A stretch of 28,568 nt of DNA. It comes from a virus. Its lineage: Duplodnaviria > Caudoviricetes. This document shows, piece by piece, positions 9,401-20,900 of this stretch (position 1 is its first letter; every line of letters begins with the position of its first letter). A model generated the notes under the pieces. The model made no database searches. It was not told the origin of the DNA and was given only the letters and a program-made list of their open reading frames with translations. Position numbers and translations under genes: made by a program. Where the stretch lies: the IMG/VR virus record IMGVR_UViG_3300048886_000068, positions 1-28,568 of that record; one strand, given 5' to 3'.

Positions 9401-9847
9401 CTAGCCATGGCTACAGGAACCCCTTCAGCCGGCGGAGGTGCCAAATACGAAACACCAACTATGGGAAGCGATGCTTGGATGCACCATAAAAAGGGAGGAA
9501 TCTCTAAACCACCTGGATATGCAATGGGTGGAATCGCTAAACCATCTTCATATGCAAGAGGTGGAATTTCAAAGACCTTTAATAGCCTAGATGGTAGCGG
9601 AGGTTATCCTGCAATACTTCACGGAACTGAAGCTGTTGTACCATTACCAGATGGAAGATCTATACCTGTAAGTATGAAAGGCGGAGCAAATAATAATATA
9701 GTTGTAAATATTGCGGCAGATGGTCAAACTACTACACAAGGAGCAGACCTTGAAGGAATGGGACAGGCAATTGCGGCAGCAGTTCAAGCGGAATTACAAA
9801 ATCAAAAACGGTCAGGGGGCATGCTTAACCCCTATGGAGTAGCATAA
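6440..9847 (+). CDS. Tape measure protein
   Basis: 1135 aa, Ala/Gly/Lys-rich and helical, with hydrophobic segments. N-terminal GGLVPAYATLAANIFALSAAF and KAEPELLDELGI are T5 pb2-like. C-terminal YAxGG and HGTEAVVPLPDG resemble lambda H-type C-termini. Confidence 0.92.
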   Translation: MAANKIYIDVIIDDKGTTKRVAVDAAQLGVNLDKTGTSGNKVGHVMKGISKQSSNTTKNFSKMSEGITGGLVPAYATLAANIFALSAAFNFFKKQADLSILRESQVSYAQSTGTAIKTLTTSLQEASGNMLTFKASAEAAAIGMAKGFTPEQMESLAIGARKVSAALGRDFEDAFDRLVRGVSKAEPELLDELGITLRLANATKRYGDQIGKNAKELTEYERSQAVMVEVQRQLNEQFGDQALQANPFQQLLVTMDDMINKVMEGVLPVFSAIADTINRSAGAAVAVFGLIALSILKSIPAVANFSQNIDNWITAQTEGFEDAKKALEDYKQEILDADKAAELSSGKGRKKAGEMVKGGNKSKVLERFSTGKMKGADEHNLKKALKGAESQLDAHGKITSGIFSGYAKKDVAIIKKSLGQSDGVFKKFFKTKLRGFKKLSLGAKREFARIKKYSKAMLGGIGKAAGAMGKMMGKAMAFAGWVGMLMMVWNAFKTLQGKIYDVAIAFLTFVDKMLNSGIGKMVREGIGAVVKALGSVVDFVTEKLGNVAKFILGIYSKILGFIQKIPGAIGEGAGKAKEFLDAQIDTNKLLQGTNLAQYGEDMINAAGATSDLAGAFEESPIGKWTLSVQESAQAANDAESAFNSWQSLMKSMTDDIKAMEEGVRATNDAISAGKNIAEYLATANLGNALDKANRMFEDTGHEPYLQTMLDNLAKVTLPHVTEALRKYNEGDYTITELIDDLKGSATSGQIATAGETDFVNQVESLQEALRNPGSLDALNLALQRTKNAANQVTTGMTNLNEVTDINDRLNTAAAGNYDELKAKVEGLIDTKQRLKIEEIERANRQEFFHRQGTLVAKKLKELIGIEERQAAIESKLLEIATLRMKIDEGEMQQTEIEAAERQLEVATSELARMRAAKEVYKEDISDIGKIRQTTVDQLGTGLAAAFDGIVMGTKTVKEAFKDMAMGVLQSLSKMISEMLAAKIMADMLAMATGTPSAGGGAKYETPTMGSDAWMHHKKGGISKPPGYAMGGIAKPSSYARGGISKTFNSLDGSGGYPAILHGTEAVVPLPDGRSIPVSMKGGANNNIVVNIAADGQTTTQGADLEGMGQAIAAAVQAELQNQKRSGGMLNPYGVA
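9494..9574 (+). repeat. About 2.5 copies of a 33-bp in-frame tandem repeat (GGIxKPxxYAx) in the tape measure C-terminus
   Basis: Units at 9494-9526, 9527-9559 and partial 9560-9574. Confidence 0.8.
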
Positions 9848-10227
9848 TGACAATTGGATTTAATACAACATTATCATTTGGAAACCATGATGTAGCTCCA
9901 GATAAGGGAATGACAAAAAGTTCTAAACCTAGAGTTAGAATAGCAAAATTTGGGGACGGGTATGAACAAAGACTTGTAGATGGGATTAACTCTATTGAAG
10001 AAAATTATAAACTTTCATTTAAAAACAGACCTAAAGAAGAAATAGATGACATAGTAGCTTTTTTTGATTCTTTAAATGGAGTTACATCATTTGATTTTAC
10101 TTTTCCTGACAGTAATAATAGCGGTGAAACTACTATTAAAGTAGTATGCGCCCAATATAATTCAAATTATACTAGTAATAATCATTACACTTGTTCCGCA
10201 ACATTTAGAAGAGTATATGAAGCATGA
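9847..10227 (+). CDS. Distal tail protein, lambda gpM-like
   Basis: 126 aa; motifs KPRVRIAKFGDGYEQRLVDGIN, FDFTFP and SATFRRVYE. Confidence 0.88.
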   Translation: MTIGFNTTLSFGNHDVAPDKGMTKSSKPRVRIAKFGDGYEQRLVDGINSIEENYKLSFKNRPKEEIDDIVAFFDSLNGVTSFDFTFPDSNNSGETTIKVVCAQYNSNYTSNNHYTCSATFRRVYEA

Positions 10228-11261
10228 CAGAATTAATAGAAGTAGTACAGAAACAAGATCCTGGTAGTGAGCTAGTAACTCTGTTCGAGTTGGCTTTTAA
10301 CGATTTAACTTTATATTTTCATCCTGGACTAAATGATAATGAAGATTTAGATAACTTATATTTTGAAGATGTAGAGGATCCTTGGAAGATTAGAAAATAT
10401 GTCCCTTTCCCAATAGAGATGACAGGAGTAGAATATAATGCAGATGGAGCAACTAATAGGCCTTCTGTTACAATAGCAAATGTTACTACTCAATTTAGTA
10501 CTTTAGTGGGGGCAACTAATGAAGATTTAATAGGACAAATTATTACTGTACGACAGACATTAAAGTCTTACTTAGAAGATGAAGATGCTTATAACAATGG
10601 TGGAGCAGGGCTTGGTAATGGTACTGCCCCTATAGAGTTTCCAAAAAAGAAATTTATTATAGATAGAGTAGCTGGCGAGACTAATCTAGCTGTCACTTTT
10701 GAACTCAGTTCCCCTTATGATTTACAAGGAATAAAACTACCAAATAGACAAGTTATAGGAAAATATTGTAGTTGGATTTATAAAGGTCAAGTAGAGGGAA
10801 AAGGGGGAGGCTGTACTTGGAAGGGAGAAAAAGAATATCCTACTGGATCCGGAGATACAATGGCAACTCATAAAGCTTATTTCACAGATGAAAATGATCC
10901 TTTAGTTACTCCCGCACAATTAACAGCTATGAACAATAGCCATCCTGGAGCAAAATCATATACAACTTGGACAACTGCAACTTCTTATAATACGGGGTCA
11001 GGAACACAATATGTAGAGCATAGTAATACTGTTTGGAAATTACTTTTAACTCATACCTCTGCTCTAGATAAAGCTCCAAAAGCTAATTCTAAATATTGGA
11101 TTAGAGCAGAAGTGTGTGGTAAACAACTATCTTCTTGTAAGTGTAGGTTTCAATTTACACCATATAGTTATGCAACTCCTAATTCTCATCCTACAACAGC
11201 TAAAAATACAAGTGAAGCTTTACCTTTCGGGGCTTTTCCAGGAAGTCAGAAATTCAGATGA
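10224..11261 (+). CDS. Minor tail protein, lambda gpL-like, with an inserted domain
   Basis: Motifs VTLFEL, PFPIEMTG, RPSVTIANV, VTFELSSPYDL, LPNRQV; cysteines in YCSWIY, GCTW and CGKQLSSCKCRF; C-terminal LPFGAFPG. Confidence 0.88.
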   Translation: MTELIEVVQKQDPGSELVTLFELAFNDLTLYFHPGLNDNEDLDNLYFEDVEDPWKIRKYVPFPIEMTGVEYNADGATNRPSVTIANVTTQFSTLVGATNEDLIGQIITVRQTLKSYLEDEDAYNNGGAGLGNGTAPIEFPKKKFIIDRVAGETNLAVTFELSSPYDLQGIKLPNRQVIGKYCSWIYKGQVEGKGGGCTWKGEKEYPTGSGDTMATHKAYFTDENDPLVTPAQLTAMNNSHPGAKSYTTWTTATSYNTGSGTQYVEHSNTVWKLLLTHTSALDKAPKANSKYWIRAEVCGKQLSSCKCRFQFTPYSYATPNSHPTTAKNTSEALPFGAFPGSQKFR

Positions 11262-11956
11262 TAAAACATTTATCCGCCATAGAAGATCATTTCAGACATT
11301 GGTATCCGAAAGAAGGTTGTGGCGTAATAGGAATTGTAAAGGGCAAATCAAAATGGTTTCCTTGTGAAAATCTTGCTGAACAAAAAGAAGATTTTATAAT
11401 GAATACAGAGGATTTTCACAATGCTAATCTAGAAAGTGATGTTATAGCAATAGTACATAGTCATGTTGATAGTAGTCCGGAACCAAGCTATAACGATAGA
11501 AAATATTGCAATGCTATAGGGATTCCTTATTATATTTTTAGCTATCCTAATATGGAGCTAGAAATAGTAAAGCCCAGAAAAGTAGTTAATGAACTAGCAG
11601 GGCGAGAATATGAATTCGGAGTATTTGATTGCTTAGAAGCAATACGAGATTTTTATAGTCAAAAATTAAAAATAAATTTAAAAAAACGAGAACCTTACTT
11701 AGATGATTGGTGGGAGAAGGGAAAAGATTATTTCACTCCTGAACATATTAGAGAGTGGGGGTTTCACCCTGTAGAAGATTTAAAAGAAAACGATGTTCTT
11801 ATTTTTTCAATGGGAGCAAAAGTAGGTACACATTGTGGTGTGTATTTATATGACGATATATTTTTTCATCATGCGGTAAATAGATTATCCTGTAAAGAAA
11901 ATCTTTATCCATTATGGAAAAAGCATTTAACTGGAATATATAGATATGGCTCGTAA
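11258..11956 (+). CDS. Tail tip assembly protein, lambda gpK-like (JAB/MPN plus NlpC/P60)
   Basis: YPKEGCGVI and HSHVDSSPEPSYND (JAB motif); GREYEFGVFDC, HCGVYL and FFHH (NlpC/P60). Confidence 0.9.
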   Translation: MIKHLSAIEDHFRHWYPKEGCGVIGIVKGKSKWFPCENLAEQKEDFIMNTEDFHNANLESDVIAIVHSHVDSSPEPSYNDRKYCNAIGIPYYIFSYPNMELEIVKPRKVVNELAGREYEFGVFDCLEAIRDFYSQKLKINLKKREPYLDDWWEKGKDYFTPEHIREWGFHPVEDLKENDVLIFSMGAKVGTHCGVYLYDDIFFHHAVNRLSCKENLYPLWKKHLTGIYRYGS

Positions 11957-14900
11957 AATTTATTTAAATGGCGAAATGTCCAATAAATTTGGAACTGTAC
12001 ATCCTTTTGTAGGAGATACGGTACATGATGCTATTCGTCTTATAAATGCTAATAATCCAGAATTTAAACCTTACTTAATTAAGTGTATGGAAGATAATAT
12101 TGACTTTTCCATAACAGTACATGGAAAAGAATTAGTAGATGCTAGGGAATGTTTACTTCCTTTAAAAGAAGGAGATATAATTATAACTCCTATTCCTGCG
12201 GGATCTAAATCTGGTGGCGCAAAAATTCTAGCTGCAGCAGCTATTGCTATATTATTATTTACACCTGCTGGTCCGGCCTTATGGGCTGCTGCAGGGCTTC
12301 CGGGAGGTTCAGCAGCCGTAGCAGCTGGAACAGGTATGGAAGCTCTTGCAGCGGCGGGAACTTTTGGTGGTTATGTAGGATATGGGGCTTCTTTATTAGC
12401 AATACAGTTAGCAGTTGCGGGTATTCAGCAACTTATGGCTCCCGATCCTGCAACAGATCAAGAAGACCCTGAAGGCTATATGTTAAGTGGTAGTCAACAA
12501 AATATAGTTGCTGGAGACCCTGTACCAATTTTATATGGAGAATTACGAGTTCCTGGACAACCAGTTTCTTTCGAGGTAAAAAATACAAGATCCCATCTTC
12601 GTAGTGAAGTAACAACATGGGATAATGATTTGTTGATGAGTGATGATGTTCATAATGATCCTATGACAATGCACGAGGAAGGAAAAAACGCTAAAGGAGA
12701 ATATTTAAATACACACAGAGAGGTAATACAAGAATGGGGAACTACTTATGGATCTCGAGAAGAGCTGTACGGTAGAAGCCAAGATATGCTTATTACGGAT
12801 ATAATATCCGAGGGCCCAATATATGGGCTAGTTAATGCTTCTAGTAGTGTATATTTAAATGGAGATTCGGCAGTAGACGTTGGAGATGCAGCAGTTAATG
12901 CTACTCAAACAGCGGCTAGATTTGTTGTTACTGATGGAGATGATGAAGTAACATTTAAACAAAATGATCAAAGTATTGTTATCCCCCAATCAGACAGTCC
13001 TAGATACCTAAATATTACAGACTATAAAACCCAAGAAGATGTAACAACTGTTAAAGCGGCATCAATGACTGCTTCCTATAATAGTGGAATTAAAATAACT
13101 ACAGATGCGGGTTTTTTCCCCGCTCCTTATAATACTTCTCCTGTTACGAATAATGCCTGGGGGTGGCAGGGAGGCAATCCAGAAGCATCTGTAACATTTA
13201 GATTATCTTTAGATGGGGTCGTAAAATTTACAGGGCATTTCACCAAATTTATTTCTAGTTCAGTAGCTTATGCTGACTCTTCTTCTTATAACCTACCTCC
13301 TCAATTTGATCATACTAGAACCGATTATAAAATACATGTAGATTATGCTGTAGAGATTGAGTCGGTAACTGAGCTAGACGAAGCGACTGGTACTCAAACT
13401 ATAACTTTAGTGGAGGAGTTTGATGGAGACGATTCCGGAACTGATGGTGTAAAAGCAAATGTTACAGGCGCAAATAGAAATATTGGAGATATACAAGCAG
13501 GAGTAGGAAAATCTGTTAAATATGATGGATTTTCTTGTAATTTTTTAACTGGAAAATTAGCTCAAGAGGGTTTTCCAAACCCAGGAGGTACAGGACTTGG
13601 AAGCGTAGCAATAGCTTCAAACTATAACTCTGAGATTACTGGGCCATTAGATCTTGGCGGAGACCAATCCACAAAAGAACTTCAAGGTACTGTTGCATTT
13701 GGTTTATCTGCAACTCAAGCAAGAGAAGTAGATGAAATTAGAGTACTTTTTAAATATACTGCATTAATAAATACAAGTGAAAATGGTAATCTACATGATG
13801 GAAAAGCTTTTTATACAATGGCCATGTCTCTTGATAAAGGGACGGGCTTCGAAGCTTATACACCTATAAATGGAAGAACTTGGGATACTGGTACTGCAAC
13901 TGGAAATCCTTTAAGACACGTAGGACAATCTAAAACTGCTCTTGCTGCAGAAGAAGTTATTGATATGACCCAATATCAACCTTTTAATGATTTTAAACTA
14001 AAAATAGTACGACTAAGCGAAAAGGATAGAGCATACTACAATAGTTTTTCTCAACCTCATAATTATCATTATACAAGTAATACTCAATGTACAATAGGGT
14101 CGCTTAATTCAATATTAAAAGAAAATTTAATTTATCCCTATACTGCAATGGCTAAAACGACTATAAATACTTCCAGTTTTACTTCGCCCCCAAAACGAAT
14201 GTATCACTGTAAAGGTATGAAAGTTCAAGTCCCTACTAATTATGTAACTAGAGACGAGTCAAACAATGGAGTAGCAAACTATAGGCGAATAGATGAAGAG
14301 TCAATACATGCTACCCAGTATCAAGATTGGGATGGAGAATTAAGAGAGAATTTAGTATATACTAATAATCCTGCTTGGGTTTTTTACGATATTTTAACTA
14401 ATAGTAGATATGGACTTGGTGCTTGGATGGGTACTCAGGACATTGATAAATTCGCTCTTTACAGAATTGCTAGATATTGTGATGAACTAGTTCCAGATGG
14501 AAATGGGGGTACGGAGCCTCGTTTTACTACTAATGTATATTTTAGAAAAGCTACTGATGCATATAAAGTATTAAAAGACTTAGCTACTACTTTTAGGGGG
14601 ATGTTATATTGGCTAGACGGTAATTTATTTCCAGTAATGGATGAGCCAAAAGAACCTGTTTATAATTTTACATCAGGAAATGTTATAGATGGATTATTTA
14701 GTTATGAATCTACAGGTAGTAAAACTAGATCAAATCAAGTTTCTGTCACTTGGACAAATCCAAAACTAAATTATCAAAAAGAAGCAATACTAGTAGAAGA
14801 TAAAGAAAATATTATAAGTACTGGTAGAATTATTTCTCAAAATGCCGTAGCGTTTGGAGCAGTAAGTGAAGGACAAGCTATAAGGTATGGAAGATGGAAG

Positions 14901-17900
14901 TTATGGACAGCAAAAAATCAAACTGAAGTAGTTAGTTTTTCAACTTTTATAAGTACAGCTTTTTTAGCCCCTGGAGATGTTGTAAACATACAAGATGCTG
15001 CCAGAAGCCCTTCAAAAGTTCAATATAGCGGTAGAATAGCCACTGAAACGGGAGTAGGGGCTAATACTAGTACTACAGAGATTACATTAGATAGATCAAT
15101 AACTTTAATTACAGGATCTACATATGAATTAAGTGTACTTATGGAAGAACCTGCAGTATTTCTAACTCAAGAAACGGCAGTAATTACAGGAGTAACATAT
15201 AATAGGGGAGATTTATTAGCTGGAGAATATACAGAATCTGAAGCTTTAAATATTATTCAGACAACTAGTAGTAATGCACCTATACTTGCAGATGGCTTAG
15301 AGCAGCCTGTAACAGTAGCTTGGCAACCCCATACTAGAGTAGAAACTAGAGATGTAAGTACTAGTTCAGGATCAACAACTGATTTAACTGTTAGTCCTGC
15401 TTTTTCGTCAGCTCCTGCTTCTCAAACTATTTGGGCAGTAAAAGAAACAACAGCAGAAGATTTAGAAGTACACGGATCTAAAAAACCCTATAAGATTTTA
15501 TCTATCGCTGAATCAGGCGGCTCTAAATATAATATTACTGCGGTAGAACACTATAATGAAAAATTTACTGAATTAGATAAAGATTTTGTTTTATCCATAG
15601 ATGATCCGGTATGGCCTGCACTATCTCCTAGTGATGTTGTTCCTCCACCTACTAATTTTTATGCAGTTATCCAGAACTTAAATGAGTTTGGAGCTATTCC
15701 CAATGATGTTTCTCTACACTGGGATCTTCCTACTGTATCAGATTCTGATGTAAGTACTGTTTATCAACATGTTAAACACTATGAAATATGGCATGACATC
15801 CCCAGTACTCCAAATCCTTTAAAAGTTACTACCAATAATACAGGCGTTAAGATGAATGTAGGAAATGGCGTCTATACTATAGGGATAAAAACAGTTAATG
15901 ATCTTGATAGTGTTTCAGTTTTTTCAAATATTATTACAATTACTATAGGTGATGATGTTAATCCACTAGTTCAAAGACAGTTTGGTATTCCTGTAGGAGG
16001 AACTATATCTAGAGCAATATTTTTAGCAAGTACTACTGGGCCTACAACACACAAATTTAGAATAACAAATCCTGCTTATAAGTTCAAGGCTATAGGGGCG
16101 CCGAGCCGTGTTATAGTACCTTCCAATACTGCTGATAATAATATACAAAATATTAGTGATATAGATACTTATACTTATACTGGTAAAACTGAAACTGAAA
16201 AAGACCTAGCACATCATTATGTATTTTTTGATGCAAGTGATACTAGTGACCATTTAAAACTTATAAAATATACTAAAGATACCGATCTGGGGATAAATTA
16301 TTGGTATGACACAGGCACGGGAGATACCACTGCTAGTGCCAACTTTAATGTTGCAGGTTCCGGTACAGTAACTATAGCTGCAGACAGTGAAAGAGTAGTA
16401 GGTACTAGTACCGCCTTTGAAACTGATTATAACGTAGGGGATATAATTTATTTTAGTACTACTAAAGCAGCTAGAATAGCTCATATTGCTGATGATGAAG
16501 ATATGAGAATACAGGGCACTTTTCCTACTGCTACATCTGGTAATCATTATCCTAATAAATTTAAGTTTGATGCAAATGCAGATTCCATAATAGCTTGGGC
16601 AGAAAATGATACAACTGATGGTTTCGATATACAATCAATAAATTTGATAATAGATGAAACTTTAAATACTAGACTTGCAGACTTAGATTTTGTCCCAAGT
16701 ATATTAAATTTTGACGGAGCAGATCCTCCAGAGCTTATAGAAGATTATGATTATTTAGTACCAACAGCTAGAGCGATCGGATTTGATAATCCAGAATTTA
16801 AATTAATTGGAGACGGTTTTTCTCAAACGACTTCTAATGCTGACAGTAGTTTCACTAATAATGGTACTAATACTTATACTAGAAATCTAGCTAAAGTAGA
16901 TACTCATGGTACTACGGATATGATTTTTACTATACTTATTAGGGAGACTGATGACCCCGATAATCTTGCAAAACAAGCGAATAAAACAGTAACTGTTCCT
17001 TTTGTTAAAGCTGGAGCTTCAACATATACTTGGATCAAATATGCTTCTAATTCTACAGGAACGGCGGATTTTGGAGATACATATATTGCGGGTACTACAC
17101 TATATATAGGAATGGCCTTTAATAAAGTTACAGATGTTGAAAGCACTACACCTGGAGACTATACTTGGAGTTTAATTGAAGCAACTGATGGTCTCCCAGG
17201 AGGTTCGGGAGATGATGGAGCCTCTATAAATATAGTTTTTAAAAGAGCAGCTACTGCACCAAGTACTCCGAGTAACTCTACAGGGTCTGTTCCTAGTGGT
17301 TGGTCAGATGATCCTCCTTCAGGAACAGATTTATTATGGGCTTCTCGTGGAAAGAAAGCAGTAGGATCCAGTGTTTATATATGGACTACACCTTTCCAAA
17401 TAGAAGGAGAAGCGCACGCAGAAGTATATATTTATAGATTAAATAATAATACAGCTCCTTCTGGTGGTAGTTATAACTTTACAACTAATACTTTAACTGT
17501 TCCTAGTGGTTGGGTTAAAGACCCTCCATCTCTTGCAGCCAATGATGATAAAGTATATGTATCCGTAGGTTTAGCTTCTGGAGCTAATACAGCAACTGCA
17601 GCTACTGTTGATTGGGGTGCGGTAGCTTTATATGCACAAAGAACAGATGGGATTGAAGGACATAAAACTGGTACTGCTACTTTATTTCAAGTTAATAGTA
17701 GTAATAGCACTCCTCCAGGTGACCCAAATGGAGATTTAACTTATACCTTTGCTACTGGAGTAGTTAGTGGTAGTAACTTTAATGGCTGGTCAAATGATAG
17801 ACCTGATACTTCTGCATCTAATCCTTATAGATGGGTTATTCTAGGCCCCGCAAGTTCTAGTGGTACTAGTGATATAATAACGTCAGGTGACTGGGCAGGA

Positions 17901-20900
17901 GCTGTTTTAGATAGTGCAGAAGGTTATCAATCAGCAACTGTTTATTTATATCAACGTAATAACAATACTGTGTCCTCTCCTGATGAACCAAGTGGAAATT
18001 TAACTTATACATTTTCTACTAAAGCTCTTAGCAATGGTAATTTAGATGGTTGGTCTCAAACTATTCCCAGCACTGGAGATTATATACATGTTACTACAGC
18101 AATAGCTTTAGCAGTAAATAGTGCTACTAGTGATGTAATAGCTTCTGGAGATTGGGCAGACCCAGTAGTTTTAGCTCAAAAAGGTGATCAGGCGGATGGT
18201 TATATAGAATTAAATATTTATAGAAGAGCTACTGATGAACCGGATACACCTACAGGAGGTTCATATAATTTTGACACGAAAGTTTTTACTAGACCTGATG
18301 ACTGGACTAGTTATATTCCTGGCGGTACAACGCCTGCTTGGATTAGTACTGGTGTAGCAGAAATGCCCGGGTCTACTGGAACAGACACTTCTCTTGGTTG
18401 GTCAGATCCTGCAAGTGTCTCTGGTGAGGGTGCTGCGGGGCCAAGAACTTCTACAGGTTATGTACATTATAATACACATGGTACTCCTGCGGCACAACCT
18501 GGAACAAGTGCTACTTATGATTATGATACTGGCGTAGTTGGGGGTATGACTACTAACTGGCAAAATTCTCCACCTATTTATAGTTCACCAAATGAAGATT
18601 ATTATTATGCTTCATATACTGTTACTGAAGATGAATACGAGGGAGATGAAACTGTTGTTTTTGGAACTGCCGCTGTAGGAATGGGTTTTAGTACTTTAGT
18701 TACTTTTACCGAGAGCGCGCCTGGAGGAAGTTTCTCTCATATAGATGGGGGTTATATATCTACAGATGTTATTCAATCCCATGGTTATACTTTTCCTTCA
18801 GGTACTGAAAATGATCCTGACGGGTATTCAGATTCAGGGATGAAAATAGATTTACGAACAGGAAAGAAAGGTATTCGTTCCCCCGCATTTTATATAGATG
18901 CAGAAAATGGCGACGCAGTATTTAGTGGAACTATTGACGGTGCTGACGGAATATTTAAAGGTTCTTTACTAGTAGGCACCGGAGCAGATCAATTTAATGT
19001 AAATACTGCTGGTATTTATTTAGGAGACGCAGTATTTAACAATGCTGAATTTAGCGTAAATCCTGCTGGATATTTAAAAGCTTCGTCTGGTAATATAGGT
19101 GGTTGGGATATTAGTACAACAAAACTTAGCGGAGGAACTTCAGCATCTACAATTAAATTAGAACCTACAACTGGTATTACAATAGGTACAGCTAATGATA
19201 TATTTAGAGCCTCTTCTCTTGGAATACAGCTTGGACACGATACTTTTACGTCTGCACCTTTTCACGTAGATCCTCAAGGGTGTATGACAGCCTCAGATGT
19301 TACTCTGACAGGTTATGGAAATAATACTTTAGAATGTGCAAGTATTAAGATTATCGGAAGCGATAAGGTCGATATAGGAAATAACGTTCAACTAACAGTT
19401 GGTGATGATACTTATAATGTTGTAGGATCATTTGTAGATACTGGAACAGCGGATGCCGCAGCTCTAGTAGGAATAGGTTCAGAGATTGGTGGTGCTTTTA
19501 GAGGAGCAGAAGGCGGATTATACGCAGATTCTGGTGGTGGTGGAGATGGCTGGGGCTGGGTTGGACATTCATCAGCCGGAGTATACGCCAATAGTTTACT
19601 CCTTGATGGCTGGGGTGCTTCAATAAATGGCAATTCTTCTAGTGGATGGTTGCAACATGATGGTACTTGGACTACTCCTACTGGAACACTTCCAACTCAA
19701 TCTGATCCTGGAACTGTAGATAAGTTTTTACAATCAGATGGAACAGATGCAAGTTGGGTTACTGCTGGGGGTACAGGAACTGTTACAAGTGTGGCTACAG
19801 GAAACGGATTAACTGGAGGGCCTATTACAACTACTGGCACTATAAGTATTCCTGATAATGCTATAGGAACAGATGAGCTTAATGTAACTGGTGATGGTAA
19901 TACTCTCCAATTTTTACGATCAGATGGAGATGGTTCATTTACTTGGGCTCTGCCTGCTTTTACTCCTGGTGCAGATTCAATTAATGATACACATATTGAT
20001 TGGGGTACGGGAACAAATCAAGTAAGTACAGCAGACGTTCCAGAAAATACAAATTTATACTATACTGATGCAAGAGTAAATACACATTTAAATACTGGTA
20101 CAGCAAGTACAAATGAAGTACTAAGTTGGAATGGTTCAGATTATGACTGGGTAGCACAAAGCGGTGGTGGCGGTGGTGGAGACATTACAGCAGTTGTAGC
20201 AGGAACTGGTTTAAGTGGTGGTGCAACAAGTGGAAGTGCTACAGTAAACTTAGCAAATACGGCTGTATCAGCAGGTACCTATGGTAGTGAAACATTAAGT
20301 GCACAAATTACAATAGATGCACAAGGTAGAATTACAGGTGCCACTAATAAAACTATTAGTGGAGGTGGTGGCGATAACTATTATTTAAGTAGTATAACTC
20401 AACCTACCTCTGGTAATAGTTATACTGCTACTTGGGTAATGTCTGGAACAACAGACCGATCAATTGTATTTGGTGCTAATGCATTTAACTCTACAACTAT
20501 TCCAACTAACAATAATCAATTGACGAATGGTGCGAATTACACAACAAATATCGGTGATATTACAGGAGTAACTGCTGGTGCTGGTTTAAGTGGTGGTGGT
20601 ACTTCAGGTACTGTTACACTTACTAACTCTGGTGTTACATCTATTGCGGCGGGTAGTGGTATATCTGTAAGTGGTGCAACAGGGGCTGTTACTGTAACTG
20701 CTACTGGAGGGGGTGGTAGTGGACTATCTTTAGGTGAAACATCAAGTACAGCATACCGAGGAGATCGAGGTAAAACAGCGTATGATCATAGTCAAGCTGC
20801 ACACGCACCAAGCAATGCTACAGATGATCAAACCGCAGCAGAGATTATCGCACTTGTTGGAACTGGAGATGGTAAGTTAACCACAAAAGACTTCACAGCC

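Noticed and set aside
11258-11956. JAB protein as part of a CBASS or ubiquitin-like defence system
   Set aside because: The JAB plus NlpC/P60 architecture between L and I homologs is the ordinary lambda gpK tail gene.
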